64,000 nt of DNA. Origin: Gekko japonicus. Taxonomy: Eukaryota. Positions 1 through 11,969 of the stretch are shown piece by piece. The DNA lies in NCBI RefSeq assembly GCF_001447785.1, contig NW_015168065.1:528518-592517 (forward strand), given 5' to 3'. The position numbers were made by a program, and so were the translations under genes. The notes beneath the pieces are model-generated. The model saw only the letters and a program-made list of their open reading frames with translations. It ran no database searches and was not told the DNA's origin. Numbering within the stretch: position 1 is the first letter of the stretch; each line of letters begins with the position of its first letter.

Positions 1-80
1 GTAAGCTCTTGGAGGATTGGCTATATTAAGGGTGTGTCACCTAATATGCAAAGGAGTTCCTGCTACAAAAAGAGCCCTCC
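1..80. mobile_element. Terminal fragment of a hAT-type MITE (…TAATATGCAAAGGAGTTCCTGCTACAAAAAGAGCCCT)
   Basis: End motif and GGTGTG..CTAATATGC subterminal motif resemble the MITE ends at 5400-5459 and 25829-25900. Confidence 0.5.
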
Positions 81-329
81 TGCTAGTTATACCAGTATTA
101 TAGCCTGTGGATAAAGCTAGGAGAGAATGAGTTGCCTAAGTGCGTTCATGGGTGAGATATGATTCAGGGATTTCCAGCACAGAGTTCCTGCTCTTCCTGA
201 GTGCAACACTGAAGAGTATTGAGTAGACATCAATCTCTAAAAGGCAAATTGCACCTGGTTTTCAATTAGGTCCCACAGGGAGAAGTGTGGAGATCCCTGC
301 AAGATTCTGGTGCTACTGATAGAATTTCT

Positions 330-833
330 TCCTTTTTTATTTATAATAAAGTCACAATATATCATCTCTACACATACATCCATAAAAGAAAAAAAATTAC
401 ACAGTCATCATCCAAGCAATCTTATCTTTACAAATTTGTTCTAATCTGCACTAATCCAGTAATTTTTGAAAAGCTATATGTTTTAAATATACAGTAATAG
501 TTTTTAACTTTCTCCGGCCAATCTTTTTCCCCCTCAGGGATAACCTTTTGCTTCCATACTTTTACAAAACTGATTCTGGCTGCTGCAATCACATATAAAG
601 CAATTACTATTTTTCTTGGGAAGAAGGAAAAAAAACATGAGTGAGAAGCAAGATTTCTGCAGTGCAAGGAATTAATAAACCTAAGCCACCTGACAAAACA
701 ACCACATCCCAAAACACTTTAGTTTGGGGCCAAAACCACCATGGAAGATAAAAATAGGCATTGTTATGGGCACAATACCAACATTTTCCTTCTTGATTTC
801 AATACATCTTCATCCATCTCAATGGTAATAAGT
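330..833 (-). mobile_element. L1-clade LINE, decayed ORF2 C-terminus and 3' end
   Basis: Minus-strand peptides 'WWFWPQTKVFW' and 'LYVIAAARISFVKVWKQKVIP..KDW' match the L1 ORF2 C-terminal HMWW.C....FW and ITAAR...AQKWK...P...EW motifs. Confidence 0.65.
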
Positions 834-1181
834 AAAGGTAAAGGTTTCCCTTGCTCAAAAGCTAGTCAAATCCCACTCTAGGGGGCGGTGCTCATCTCCG
901 TTTCCAAGCCAAAGTTCCAGCATGTCCAAAGACATTTCCATGGTCATGTGGCTGGCATGACTAAACACCAAGGTGCATGGAATGCTGTTACCTTCCCACC
1001 GAAGTGGTATCTATTTATCTACTTGCAATTTCTTGCTTTCGAACTGCTAGGTTGGCAGGAGCTGGGACCAGAGACAGGAGCTCACTCTGTCACGTAGCAC
1101 TCAGGTGTCGAACTATTGAACTACTGACCTTCTGGTCTGCAGCTAAGCATCTTAACCACTGAGCCACTGCGGCCCCTTTAG
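834..1181 (-). mobile_element. Sauria SINE (Squam1), full length
   Basis: tRNA-like head (GGGGCCGCAGTGGCTCAGTGGTTAAG on minus strand), body nearly collinear with 6524-6875, (ACCTTT)n tail, 14-bp TSD CAATGGTAATAAGT at 820-833 and 1182-1195. Confidence 0.9.
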
Positions 1182-1932
1182 CAATGGTAATAAGTGGAAC
1201 ACTAATTAAATTACGTGGTTGCTATTTTAAAGGGGGAAAGACATGACTGTAAAAACCTATTGCTTGCCCTTTAAAACACTGACAGCAGCATGGCTAACCA
1301 AGGATTAAATTCACCCCCCAATCTTAACTGGGGTGGTTTATAAATGCCATTTGCCATGTACGGAGAGGGAGAAACCTGTGAACATTGTCACATCTGCTGG
1401 TGCCCTCATTCTCTTAAAATCAGAGGGTTTGTGAGAAGGCTTCTATTATATATCTAGAAAAATCAGAGACTATAAACCTAGAGTTCAAAATTAACAGAAA
1501 AAAATAACGATCAGCAAAATTCAATAAAGGATGACAATGCGGATCAATTTAACTGTTTTCTTAAACAGCCAGCAAAATGGTTACTTAAAAAAAAACCATA
1601 TATATACCAGTCAGCATTAAGGGACTTTTCAGGCTGTTGACAAAATTCACTATGCAAAATTTTGAAATATTGTTAAACAAATGTCTTACACACAAAAAAT
1701 GGTGCCTGAAAACAAATCTCAGGGTTATTACTCCTTTGCTGGAAGTTAGCTATAGCTGAGATGGCTGTCTTTTGAAGAAAAAAAGACCGAAACAAATGAG
1801 TCACAGGTTTGATGATATGCATTTTACATAGGGGATCCTTGAGTGAATCTGCCATTGTTTCTTATGCAGGTGCAACAATGTGGCATTACTCATTTCTTCA
1901 TAACAGCAACCCAAATAACCTTCCCCTCATAA

Positions 1933-2208
1933 TAGAGAGCCAGTTTGGTGTAGTGGTTAAGAGCACGGGCTCTAATTTGGGAGTACCGGGTTTGAGTCCC
2001 CACTCCTCCTCCACATGCAGCTGCTGGCATGACCTTGGGTCAGTCACAGTTCTCTCAGAGGTGTTATCTCAAGTGCAGTTCTCGAAAGAGCTCTTTCAGC
2101 CCCACCTACCATGCAGGGTGTCTGTTGTGGGGAGCAGAAGGGAAAGGAGACTGTAAACTGATCTGAGACTTCGAGTGAAGGGTGGGGTATAAATCCAATT
2201 CTTCTTGT
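1933..2208 (+). mobile_element. Squam3-type (MIR/Ther1-related CORE) tRNA SINE
   Basis: GAGAGCCAGTTTGGTGTAGTGGTTAAG head, B-box-like GGTTTGAGTCCC, CORE-like TGACCTTGGG..AGTCAC, L2-like tail GGTATAAATCCAAT(TCT)n; homologous to 61750-62037. Confidence 0.8.
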
Positions 2209-2215
2209 CCCACAG

Positions 2216-2462
2216 TAGGGTTGCCAGCTCTGGGTAGGGAAATACCTGAAGTTTTGGTGGTGGAACTTGAGGAAGGAGGAATTTGTGGAGAGGAGGGATG
2301 TCAGTGGGTATAAGGCCATAGAGTCCAGCTTCCAAAGCAGCCATTTTCTCCAGGGGAACTGATCTCTGCTGCCTGGAGATCAGTTGTTATCCCAGGAGAT
2401 CAATTGTAATCCCAGGAGATCAGTTGTAATCCTGCCACCACATGGAGTTTTTACAAAAACTG
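2216..2462. mobile_element. hAT (Blackjack-like) MITE, TAGGGTTGCCA family, degenerate right end
   Basis: TAGGGTTGCCA start and body shared with 20804-21022; internal triplication of GGAGATCAGTTGT(T/A)ATCC. Confidence 0.75.
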
Positions 2463-3469
2463 AGGGTCACAGTATTAGGAAGACATATTTTAATATGAAT
2501 AGAGCCCTAATAGAATGTTTATTTTATGAATGGTGTTTTGGAACAAGGATGATAAAACACGGGCACTTTAAGGAAAGGTGTTTTTGACACAGCTGCTCCT
2601 GATTATGAGGCTTGGAACGAAAGAAATAGACCAAGCAAAACCCCAAATTTGTGGCTTCCTGATAGAATTTGAGAGATATGCTGACTTAGATATGCTATTA
2701 TGTTTGCCACAAGGGGTAAGTGAGCTCTTTTCACAATTTTAATAATTATAAATAAGGTGCAATGAAATTGTATTGATGTATTAATATTTTTATTTATTTC
2801 AGTTCTGATGGGACCCTAGACAATGCTGCTATCTTAAGAGATTTTGTGCTCACAAAGAAAAAATATATTGTGCCTTACGTCCTTTACATATATATCACGG
2901 TCCTTGAAAAAGATTAATTCGAAACGGGTATATTACTAGAGTCCCATGGGACTAGTGATAGTGATACTGACAAGGTGCTGTCTGAATGTAAGCCTGCACT
3001 TGATGTATTGTTTGGGTGAAACATATTTTTCTCTATGTATTGTTTGGGTGAAATGTATTTTTGATAATATTTGATACCAATATTTAGACAACAGTATTGA
3101 AAAATATAAAAAGAATAAAGCATAAAACTGTTCTACCATAAACATATATTTATTGTACACAGTGATATATATTTTTGTATGACCACATAGAGTTTGGGAA
3201 AAAATACATGTGCCTGACATTTATCTAATAGCTGAATTATGCTCCTGTTTCCAAACACAGACAGACGCTTGAGCTTATTTAATTTCTTCAAATCAACCTT
3301 CTTCCTAGTAACAAGGAACTCATTGATTAATGCTTACATAACTGCATGATGTCAATGAGGGTCAACAAAGCTTATTGAGGGTCAACTAAGTCTTGTTGCT
3401 CCACCACGACCTACCCACCAATGTTGATACATATGTGAACTGGATGCCTCTTGGCTGCCTTTGAAATCA

Positions 3470-5660
3470 GTCCCCGACAACTTCAGCCTGCTCTCTGCTG
3501 ATGTTGACAGGATTCTGGGTGCTGTCAGGCCAACCACATGCTTCTTAGATCTGTGTCCCTCACAACTGGTGAAAGCCGGTGATGACAGGATATGGGACCC
3601 ACTGATAGACAATGTTACCCTGTCCTCGGAGACAGGGGTCTATCCAGATGGTCTGAAAGAGGCTGTGGTAGTACTGCTCCTGAAGAAGCCATCTTTGGAT
3701 CCTAGTGATCTTGCCAATTAACACCTGACTTTGAATTTATTGTTACTGGGTAAGGTGATTGAGAGAGCAGTAGCCAAGCAGCTCCATAGTTTCCTGGATA
3801 ACATATTGGCATCAGATCCATTCCAGTCCAGCTTTTGCCCCAGCCAAGAGACAGAGACGGTGCTGGTCACACTGACAGACCATGGACAGCTTAATTGAGG
3901 TGGGTCGGTGCTGCTGCTACTGTTGCCAAATCTCACAGCAGCATTTGACGCAATCAATTACGATCTTCTGAACCACCACCTCACTGACATGGGAGTTTGT
4001 GGGATAGCCCTGAAAAGGCTTACCTCATTTCTCCATGGTCAGGGACAGAGAGTGGCTCTAGAAGAAAGGGTGTCAGCTAGGTGCCCCTAACATGTGTGGT
4101 TCTTCAGGGGACAGTCCTCTCCCTAATGTTATTTAACATCTATATGCACCCCCTCACCCAGCTGGTGTGGAGTTTCAGGCTGGGGTGTCACCAGTATGCT
4201 GATGACACCCAGCTATATCTGCTACTGGATGGCCTCCCAGATGCTGTCTCATAAAATTTGGCTCTAGGTTTGGAGGCCATGGTGGGATGGTTAAAAAAGA
4301 GTAGACTGAGACTGAATCTGATAAAGATGGAAGTTCTGTAGCTTTGGGGAGGGGCCCTCAGGATTAGGGCATAGACTTCCTTTCCCACTCCTGATGAGGC
4401 ACCACTAGTGCTGGGGCACCACAATCCATCAGGAGTTTGGGCATGATCGTGGATGTCTCCTTAACTATGGAGGCCCAGGTCATGAATATTGCCAGGCTGG
4501 CATTCTTCCATCTATGCCAAGCTTGGCATTTAGAACCTTTCCTGTCACGCCCTGACCTAGCCACTGCAATCCATGCAATGGCCACCTCCAGGCTAGACTA
4601 TTGTAACTTGCCTGCCCTTGAGACCTACCTTGAAGCTCCAGCTGGTCCAGAATGCAGTGGCACAAGTCCTGATGGGAATGCCATGGACAGCACACATACA
4701 ACCTGTACTGCACCAGCTACACTTCCTCCCAGTGAAATACCGAGCAAGTTTCAAGGGTTTGGTATTGACCTTCAAGGCCTTGAGAGGTCTGGGACCTCCA
4801 TGTTTGGGACCACCTCCTCTAGTATGTCCCCAAGAGAGTGTTATGCTCCATGGAGAGAAATCTACTGGTAGTCCCTGGACCCAAAGGTATCTGGCTGTCC
4901 TTGACCAGAACCGGGGCTTTTTTGGCCCTGGCTCTGACCTGGTGGAACTCCCTCCCAATTACCACCAGGGCTTTGCAGGACTTAATGCAATTCTGCAGAG
5001 CCTGTAAGGCAGAGATATTCCACCAGGCCTTTGGTTGAGGACAGCAATGGTTTCCATCATGGCTGGCACCCTCCTCTTTCTCTCCATCGCTTTGCTTTGG
5101 CCCACTCTCTGCTCTGTCCAGAGGTCATTTCGGGGGGGATCGCAGGGGAATGCAGTTCCCCCGGGTGAGGTGCAGGGGGTGGGGCACATGACGAAGCCCC
5201 GCCCCCTGCTTCTGGCTGCCCCGCTTCCAGCCCTCATTCAGCCAGGAGGAGGCAGGAGAAGAGGGAGGGTAAGTTGCTTCCTCCCCGCCTCTCCTCACCC
5301 CTGCCTGCCTGGGGCCAGGGAGGGCCTTGGCGGGGCTTTCTTGCACTCCTGCTGGCCTTGCAGGTCCACCGCCGGGCCCCTGATGTCAGGGGGTGTGGCC
5401 TATGCTAATGAGTTATGCTAATGAGTCCCCCTAGCTCTTTTTCTACGAAATGACCCCTGGCTCTGTCCATGAGATGGCAACAGAGTCTGGAGTGGGCTTT
5501 TGAAGAAAATTACATATGCCATCCAAAATTGTTAATTGAGTGTTGTTTTTATTGATCTTAACATTGTTCTGAACTTTGCTGTACAGCACCCAGATCCCTG
5601 TGTATACAAGGATTGGGTGATTTATAAATCTAAACTATAAATAAATAAATATAAATAAAA
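3470..5660 (+). mobile_element. L2 LINE, 5'-truncated and decayed (RT, 3' UTR, (TAAA)n tail)
   Basis: Peptides TTCFLDLCPSQLVK, LKEAVVVLLLKKPSLDP, LTAAFDAINY, YADDTQLY, ATSRLDYCN and FHQAFG*; many frameshifts; tail ATAAATAAAT near 5640. Confidence 0.92.
5119..5459. mobile_element. hAT-type MITE, CAG(G/A)GGTCATTTCG TIR family, inserted in the L2 3' UTR
   Basis: TIRs CAGAGGTCATTTCG / CGAAATGACCCCTG; perfect 8-bp TSD GCTCTGTC at 5111-5118 and 5460-5467. Confidence 0.9.
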
Positions 5661-6523
5661 TAATTTGGAATGAGGACAAACCTTTTTGAAGAGGCATTGC
5701 ACTTGCTCTGGATGGGTCAGTTTGCTTTCAGTGACATAACTGTCAAATCTAGTTTGGTACTTAAGATGTCTTCCCACTTCTGGTAAGCAATTTTGGGGGG
5801 AAATGGCAGCAAACTATCAGTTGATTGAAACTAGATATATCAACAAACTGCTGCTGCAAAAAAAAAGTATTCTTGGGGAGGAGAGACCTTTTGAGAAATT
5901 TTTCAGCATTTTTCAAACTCCCTTTTTCATGTCAGAAAATGTTTAGGTAACATTTGGTGCAATTAACAGCTTTGCTCAAACCAAACACATTGTATATAAG
6001 AACAAGAACCAATGTTAACATTTACATTAATTCTGTTTATCAAAAATAAATGCCACTCAGTCAAAATAATGCAATAAAAGATGCCAGCACGTAAAAAAAG
6101 GTTTATCAGTACATTTCCATAATAATGTTTTAGGTTTTTCATTCTACCTCACTAATGTACCCCACAGAGAGACAGGCTGTGGTTATTTAATTATTCCAAC
6201 ACAGGAAATGAAGACAGAAGACACTGATTTTATTTCTGATTCTGAAAATGGATGCTTTGGTGGAATTGAGAAAGATTGCCTAGAAAATAATGGGTAGGAT
6301 CCAACCAGCTTTTCCAATGGTAAATAAGGAAGGAGGGGGGAGGGTCTACTTTGAACACCAAAAAGTCTGTGGTGTGGATCATGGGACCTTCTTGAGCAAA
6401 AGCTGTATGGGAACAAGGCTGCAATAAGGAGGAGCATTGGGTGAGACTTGGTAAAAAAGGTGGCTGTATCCAACTCAATGTTATCTCCCTTGATTATAAT
6501 AGTGCACTCCTAAACCAAGTTAC

Positions 6524-6875
6524 GAGGAGCTGCGGTGGCTCAAGTGGTTAAGACGCTGAACTGCAGGCTGTGGAAGGTCAGTAGTTCAGTGGTTCAAGAC
6601 CCGGGTGCCGCAAGACAGGGTGAGCTCCTGTCTCTAGTTCCAGCTCCTGCCAACCTAGCAGTTCGAAAGCAAGAAATTGCAAGTAGATAAATAGGGACCA
6701 CTTCGGTGGGAAGGTAACAGCGTTCCGTGCGCCTTGGTGTTTAGTCATGCCGGCCACATGACCACGGAAACGTCTTCGGACAGCGCTGGCTCTTCGGCTT
6801 TGTAACGGAGATGAGCACCGCAACCCTAGAGTCGGATTCGACTGGCTTTCGAGCAAGGGAACCTTTACCTTTACC
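6524..6875 (+). mobile_element. Sauria SINE (Squam1), full length
   Basis: A-box GTGGCTCAAGTGG, B-box GGTTCAAGACC, BovB-like 3' region, ACCTTTACCTTTACC tail; TSD TAAACCAAGTTAC at 6511-6523 and 6876-6888. Confidence 0.92.
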
Positions 6876-7211
6876 TAAACCAAGTTACACCTCTTTAAGC
6901 CCACTGACTACCTAGGTATCATTTTGTTGTTGGTATAATATCCACAACAATTTACACTGATTTTATGAAAAAGAAACACAAATAGATATTTTGTCTAGGA
7001 TGGTCACACATAGTACAACTTCCTAGATAGGGGGAAGTTGACGGACAAACTTTGATGTGGCTGTAGTGTCGACTTTTTGAGGTCTACTTTTCATATCAGT
7101 GCCTGCTTTTAGAAGTCTGCTTTTCATATCAGTCAGCCCAGTTGCTGAAAAGTCTCCCATGATGACAGCTGCTAATAAATCCATCAAAGGTGAGATAAAG
7201 ATTCTCCATAT

Positions 7212-7785
7212 GGGAGTAGTGGCGCAGTGGGCGCAGAAAGGGGAGCAGTGGCGCAGTGGGTAAATCCCCTGCATAACTATAATATCAGAACTGCCAAGCT
7301 TTGTCAGTTCTAGCCCCGTGCTGGTGTGAGCAACCAAGCCTTGTCCCTAGCTCATCGTCTACCCAGCGATTCGAAAGCTTCAGCAAGTAGATACATTGGG
7401 GACCATCTGTAAGGGGGTGGGCACACCACTCCCCTTGGGAGGTGTTAGCTGCCAGTGTGACATCTGCGACGCGGTGAAGATCAAAAGTGGGGGGGAAATG
7501 TGTTTCGGCATCCCCTGCAGTGGAGCGAATCAGCCAGGTGGTGGCAGTGTAGCAGTGCGACATCGAGAGCCCTGACATCATCAGCCAGCCGACAGAATAC
7601 ATGCCGTCGGGAAATGACTGATACAGCCTGCAGATGGATCCTCCAACCAGCTACAATGTGTGTGTGATTAAATATTGTATGTTGTCTTCCCTATTCCCCA
7701 CGAATACATTGTTAGTCCATTGTTTCTGAGTAACTGTAAATCGCTCTGAGCCCGCATGAGTGGGAAAAAGCGATCAATAAATTGA

Positions 7786-7833
<48 letters not shown>

Positions 7834-7834
7834 G
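7212..7834 (+). mobile_element. Long composite tRNA-headed SINE-like element with Sauria-like central domain and L2-type tail ending in (TAG)n
   Basis: Duplicated A-box head (GGGAG(T/C)AGTGGCGCAGTGGG twice), B-box-like GTTCTAGCC, domain CTACCCAGCGATTCGAAAGC..AAGTAGATACATTGGGGACC, tail TGTAAATCGCTCTGAGCCC..AATAAATTGAAA(GTA)n. Confidence 0.65.
7788..7834. repeat. (TAG)n microsatellite
   Basis: Direct read of about 15 units. Confidence 0.98.
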
Positions 7835-8199
7835 TGAACATTTCTGCCTCAAATGTAATACCTCTACCATGGAATGGAATGGAATACCCCATGGAAACGC
7901 TTCCACTGTTTTCCCCTCCCCATGCTGCATGAAATTTTGTCCCACAGGAAAACACATGCGAATGCATATGAGCATGTACAAATGCTCATACTAACAGAGA
8001 GAGGGGGAAACCCCCCCAGAAAAAGCACTAATATTTAGAAGACATATTGGTTTATTATTCTATTATGTATTGATTTTAAAACTGTGATGCAAGTCAGTGT
8101 ACTCTATTGTAGCTACATTATTATTGTAGCTTCCACCACACACCAGCAACACTGCCAAATATTATTTTCCTTTGGATTTTCTTTTAAGTTTGTAACTTA

Positions 8200-10456
8200 A
8201 TAATAGAATTGGAATAATAGAATTGAAAGGGATCTCTAGGGTAATCTAGTTCAACCCCCTGCACAATTCAGGAAATTCACAACAACCTCCCCCACACCCC
8301 AAGTAACCCCTGCTCCATGCCCAGAAGATGGCAAAAAAAAAAAACCCCTCCAGGATCCCTCGCTAAACTGGCCTGGAGAAAATTCCTTCCTGACCCCAAA
8401 GTGGTGATCCACATTTTCCTGGCCATGTAAGAAAGGACCATGAGAACAATGCACTGATGCAACCATCCCTGCCCTCCCACTCACTACCTGCCTAAGTTCA
8501 CAGAATCAGCATTGCTGTCAGATGCCCATGTAGCCAAAGAAGGAGAGCCCACCACTTCCCGAGGAAGCCTATTCCACTGAGGAACTGCTCTGTCAGGAAG
8601 TTCTTCCTAAAGTTTAACCAAAAACTCTTCTGATTTAATTTCAACCTGTTGGTTCTGGTCCGGCCTTCTGGGGCAACAGAAAACAACTAATGTTTTGACA
8701 AAAACTCTTTTGATTTAATTTCAACCCATTGGTTCTGGTCCAACCTTCTGGGGCACCATCATCTATATGACAGCCCTTCAAGTACCTGAAGATGGTTATC
8801 ATATCACCTCTCAGTCATCTCGCCTCCAGTCTATACATAACAAGCTCCTTCAACTTTTCTTCATAGGACTTGGTCTCCAGACCCCTCAACATCTTCGTTG
8901 TCCTCCTCTGGACACGTTCTAGCTTGTCTATATCCTTCTTAAATTGTGGAGCCCAAACCTGAACACAATACTCTAGGGCAGGTTTGACCAGAGCAGAATA
9001 AAGTGATACCATCACTTCACGTGATCTTGACACTATAGTTTTGTAGACACAGCCCCCAGGACAGATCCTTGAGGCACTCCACTTGTCACTCCTCTCCAAG
9101 AAGATCAGAAACCATTCACAAGCACTCTTTGGGTGTGATCTGCCAAACAGTTACAGATCCACCTAACAGTAATAGGTTCCAAACCACATTTTACCAACTT
9201 GTCTACAAGAATATTATGAGGAACCTTATCAAAAGCCTTACTGAAATCAAGATAAACTGAGTTTACAGCATTACCCTGATCCAGCAAGGTAGCTGGATCA
9301 AAAGCTGGATCAAAAAATATCAAAAAGAAAAAGAAGAAAAGATAAGGTTAGTCTGACATGACTTGTTCTTGAGAAACCCATGCTGGCTCTTGGTAATCAC
9401 AGCCATCCTTTCTAAATGCTCAAGGACTGACTGATGATTTGTTCTAAAACTTTTTTTCAGGTATAGACACCAATCTGACAGGTCAGTAGTTACCTGGATC
9501 CTCCTTTTCCCCCCTTCTTGAAGATGGGGACAACATTTGCCCTGTCCCCACAATGAGCCTACCATGTCCTTGCTCTTTTTCTTACTTTGAACATAACAAA
9601 ATAACTTTTTTGTTGTTTTTAGCATCTCTTGCTAGCCTAAGATCATACTGAGCTTATCTAACACTCTCCCTACAAGCACTGGCTATTTGTTTATATTCAT
9701 CCTTGGTTATAAGGCCCTCCTTCCATTTCCTAAACGAGTCTTTTATTTCTTAAATCTTTAGAAAACTGTTTATGGAGCCACCTTGGCTTCATTAGGCTTC
9801 TCCCATTTTTCCTTCTCATAATAATCATGTGTGATTGTTCCTTCAATATTTCACTTTTACGAAACTCCCACCCCTCTTCAACTCCCTTCTCATTAAGTAT
9901 TTCTGACCATGGGATTCTAACCAGTTCTTCCTGCTTCTTTCCCATACTCTGTGCATTAGTGTAAATACATCAGAATCCATAGTTTATGTGCCCTAAGGTT
10001 TTCATTTTTGTACTTACCTGCGAGTTACTGTTTCCTAGCATATGTGCCACTCCCCACAAATCTTTAGTGTTCTTATCTCCAGTTATTGACACTATAGTGG
10101 ACTTTGAATTTTTGTCTTGCTCCCCCATAGAATTTAGTTTAAAGCCCTCCTCATCAGGTTTGCAAGGCTCTTACCAAACACATTTTTTCTTACTGTCATG
10201 AGATGCAAAACATCTCCTGATAGAAGAGCTTCATCTCAAAAGCATAACCCATGGTCCAAAAAACCAAACCTTTCCTGATAACATCTATGTAGCCAGTCAT
10301 TTATTTGCAGTATTCTTCTTTCCCTTCCTAAGCCACGGCCTTCAATGAGAAGACGTGACAAAAACACAACTTACACTCCCAGGTCCTTCACCTTCTTACT
10401 CAGAGCCACACAGTCTCTTTTAATATATTCTGGGCTGTGCCTGGCAGTATCATTTG
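8200..10456 (-). mobile_element. CR1 LINE: 3' UTR, internally deleted ORF2 (RT) and 3' part of ORF1
   Basis: Peptides [55 protein letters not shown] and IPWSEILNEKGVEEGWEF; ATTCT-type tail; a ~77-bp internal tandem duplication at 8620-8750. Confidence 0.9.
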
Positions 10457-11254
10457 TAAGGTTGTGCACAAAAAAAAAATCAGAATTTTTCGGGTTCGGA
10501 TCTGCCAAACCCGAAAAACTTTAGTGTTTGCCAATATTCCTGAATCCCAGTATCGGTATGATACTGGGGTTCGGGAATTATCAGACTAGCCAAATTTATT
10601 GGGCTCAATTATACCCTATGGGGACTGTCACCATAGGGTATAATAATCCCCCCTTTGAAGGGTTTTTTTCCTATCATTGAAGGGAAGGCAAATTGCCTTC
10701 CCTTCAATGAAGGGATTGTGCTGCCTCTGCGGTGGAACTCCAGAGAGGTTTAAACTTTAAAGTTTAAATCCCCCTGGTGTTGTGCCTTCCCTTCAGCAAT
10801 GAGAGCCCACTGCCCCCCGAGCTAGCCCCCCCACCTTTCCTGGCCTGCCCCATGCTTTTTCCAGACCACCGGCTGAAGCAGGGGGAAGGGAAAGTGTTTA
10901 AATTCAAAACACTTTCCCTTGCTTCTGGGGCTCATGCTGCCTTCACAGCATGACTCCCCAGCAAGGGAAGGTATTTAAAGTTTAAATACCTTCCCTTGGC
11001 TGGGGAGTCACTCCGCTGAGGCAGCACGAGCCCCAGAAACAAGGAAAAGTGTTTTAAGTTTAAACACTTTTCCTTCCTCGCCCAGCAAAGGGATTCCCCA
11101 AATGGATGCCAAATATATGGCATCCATTTGGCGAATCCCTGTTCGGCCAGCCGAATCAGATTAGGGAATCTGATTCGGCTTTCAGCAGGCCCGACTAATG
11201 CAGAGCATTATTCGGTTTGTTTTTTGGTTCATCTGAACCGAATGCACATCCCTA
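10457..11254. mobile_element. hAT-type non-autonomous DNA element (TAGGGATGTGCA-like TIR) rich in palindromes
   Basis: Ends TAAGGTTGTGCA / TGCACATCCCTA; perfect 8-bp TSD ATCATTTG at 10449-10456 and 11255-11262; interrupts CR1 ORF1. Confidence 0.85.
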
Positions 11255-11750
11255 ATCATTTGTTCCCACATGGATGAGCAAGAAAGGATAATTGTGCGCT
11301 TGATGAATCTTTCTACCCTTTCTGTCACATTCGCAGAAGCGTGCACCTGGTAGACAGCATACCTGTGCAAGCAAGAAGTCTGGTCGGCACACTTTAGTCT
11401 CTACCCCTCTCAGTAGGGAATCCCCAGTTACCAGCAAACACTTTATCCTATATTGGGGAGCAGAAGCTTGAGTCCTTTCATCCATGGGGGCCTGAGAAAT
11501 TTTCTTCAAGCTTTGAGGAGTCTGGGGTAGTAGTTCTTGTTCCAGTGGTCCAAAATCAATATCTATGGGGAGATCCTGGAACTGATTACTTAGTAACAGA
11601 GGCTCAGAATGTCTCCTGATTTTCCTACTCCTATGGATTACATTCTTCCTTGTGCCCTCCTCCTGTGTTGGGTGTTCTTCCATTTGCTGAGATACTTTCC
11701 CCTCCTCCTCCTGTTGCCCTCCCAAAAGTGCTATGAGTAGCACATACACC
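11255..11750 (-). mobile_element. CR1 ORF1 fragment, SGNH/GDSL-type esterase domain
   Basis: LLVTGDSLLRGVE (block I GDS), VCCLPGAR (block II) and LLIHVGTND (block III); the frame continues as TAR after the inserted DNA element. Confidence 0.85.
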
Positions 11751-11756
11751 TCCCCA

Positions 11757-11969
11757 AGGGCTGCCAGCTTCAGGCTGGAAAATACCTAAAGATTTAGGGG
11801 GTGGACCCTGAGGAGTGTGGGGTTTGGGGAGGGGCTTCAATGGGGTATAGTGCCATAGACTCCATCTTCCAAAGAGGCCATTTTCTCCAAGTGAACTGAT
11901 CTCTGTCACCTGGAGATCAGTTGTAGTGACAGGAGATCTCCAGCCACCACCTAGAGGTTGGCAACCATA
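11757..11969. mobile_element. hAT (Blackjack-like) MITE, TAGGGTTGCCA family
   Basis: Ends AGGGCTGCCA / TGGCAACCATA; body homologous to 20804-21022. Confidence 0.8.

Noticed and set aside
6524-6610. tRNA genes at SINE heads (also 1933, 7240, 41030, 53010)
   Set aside because: A/B boxes are present but there is no full cloverleaf, and each continues into a SINE body.
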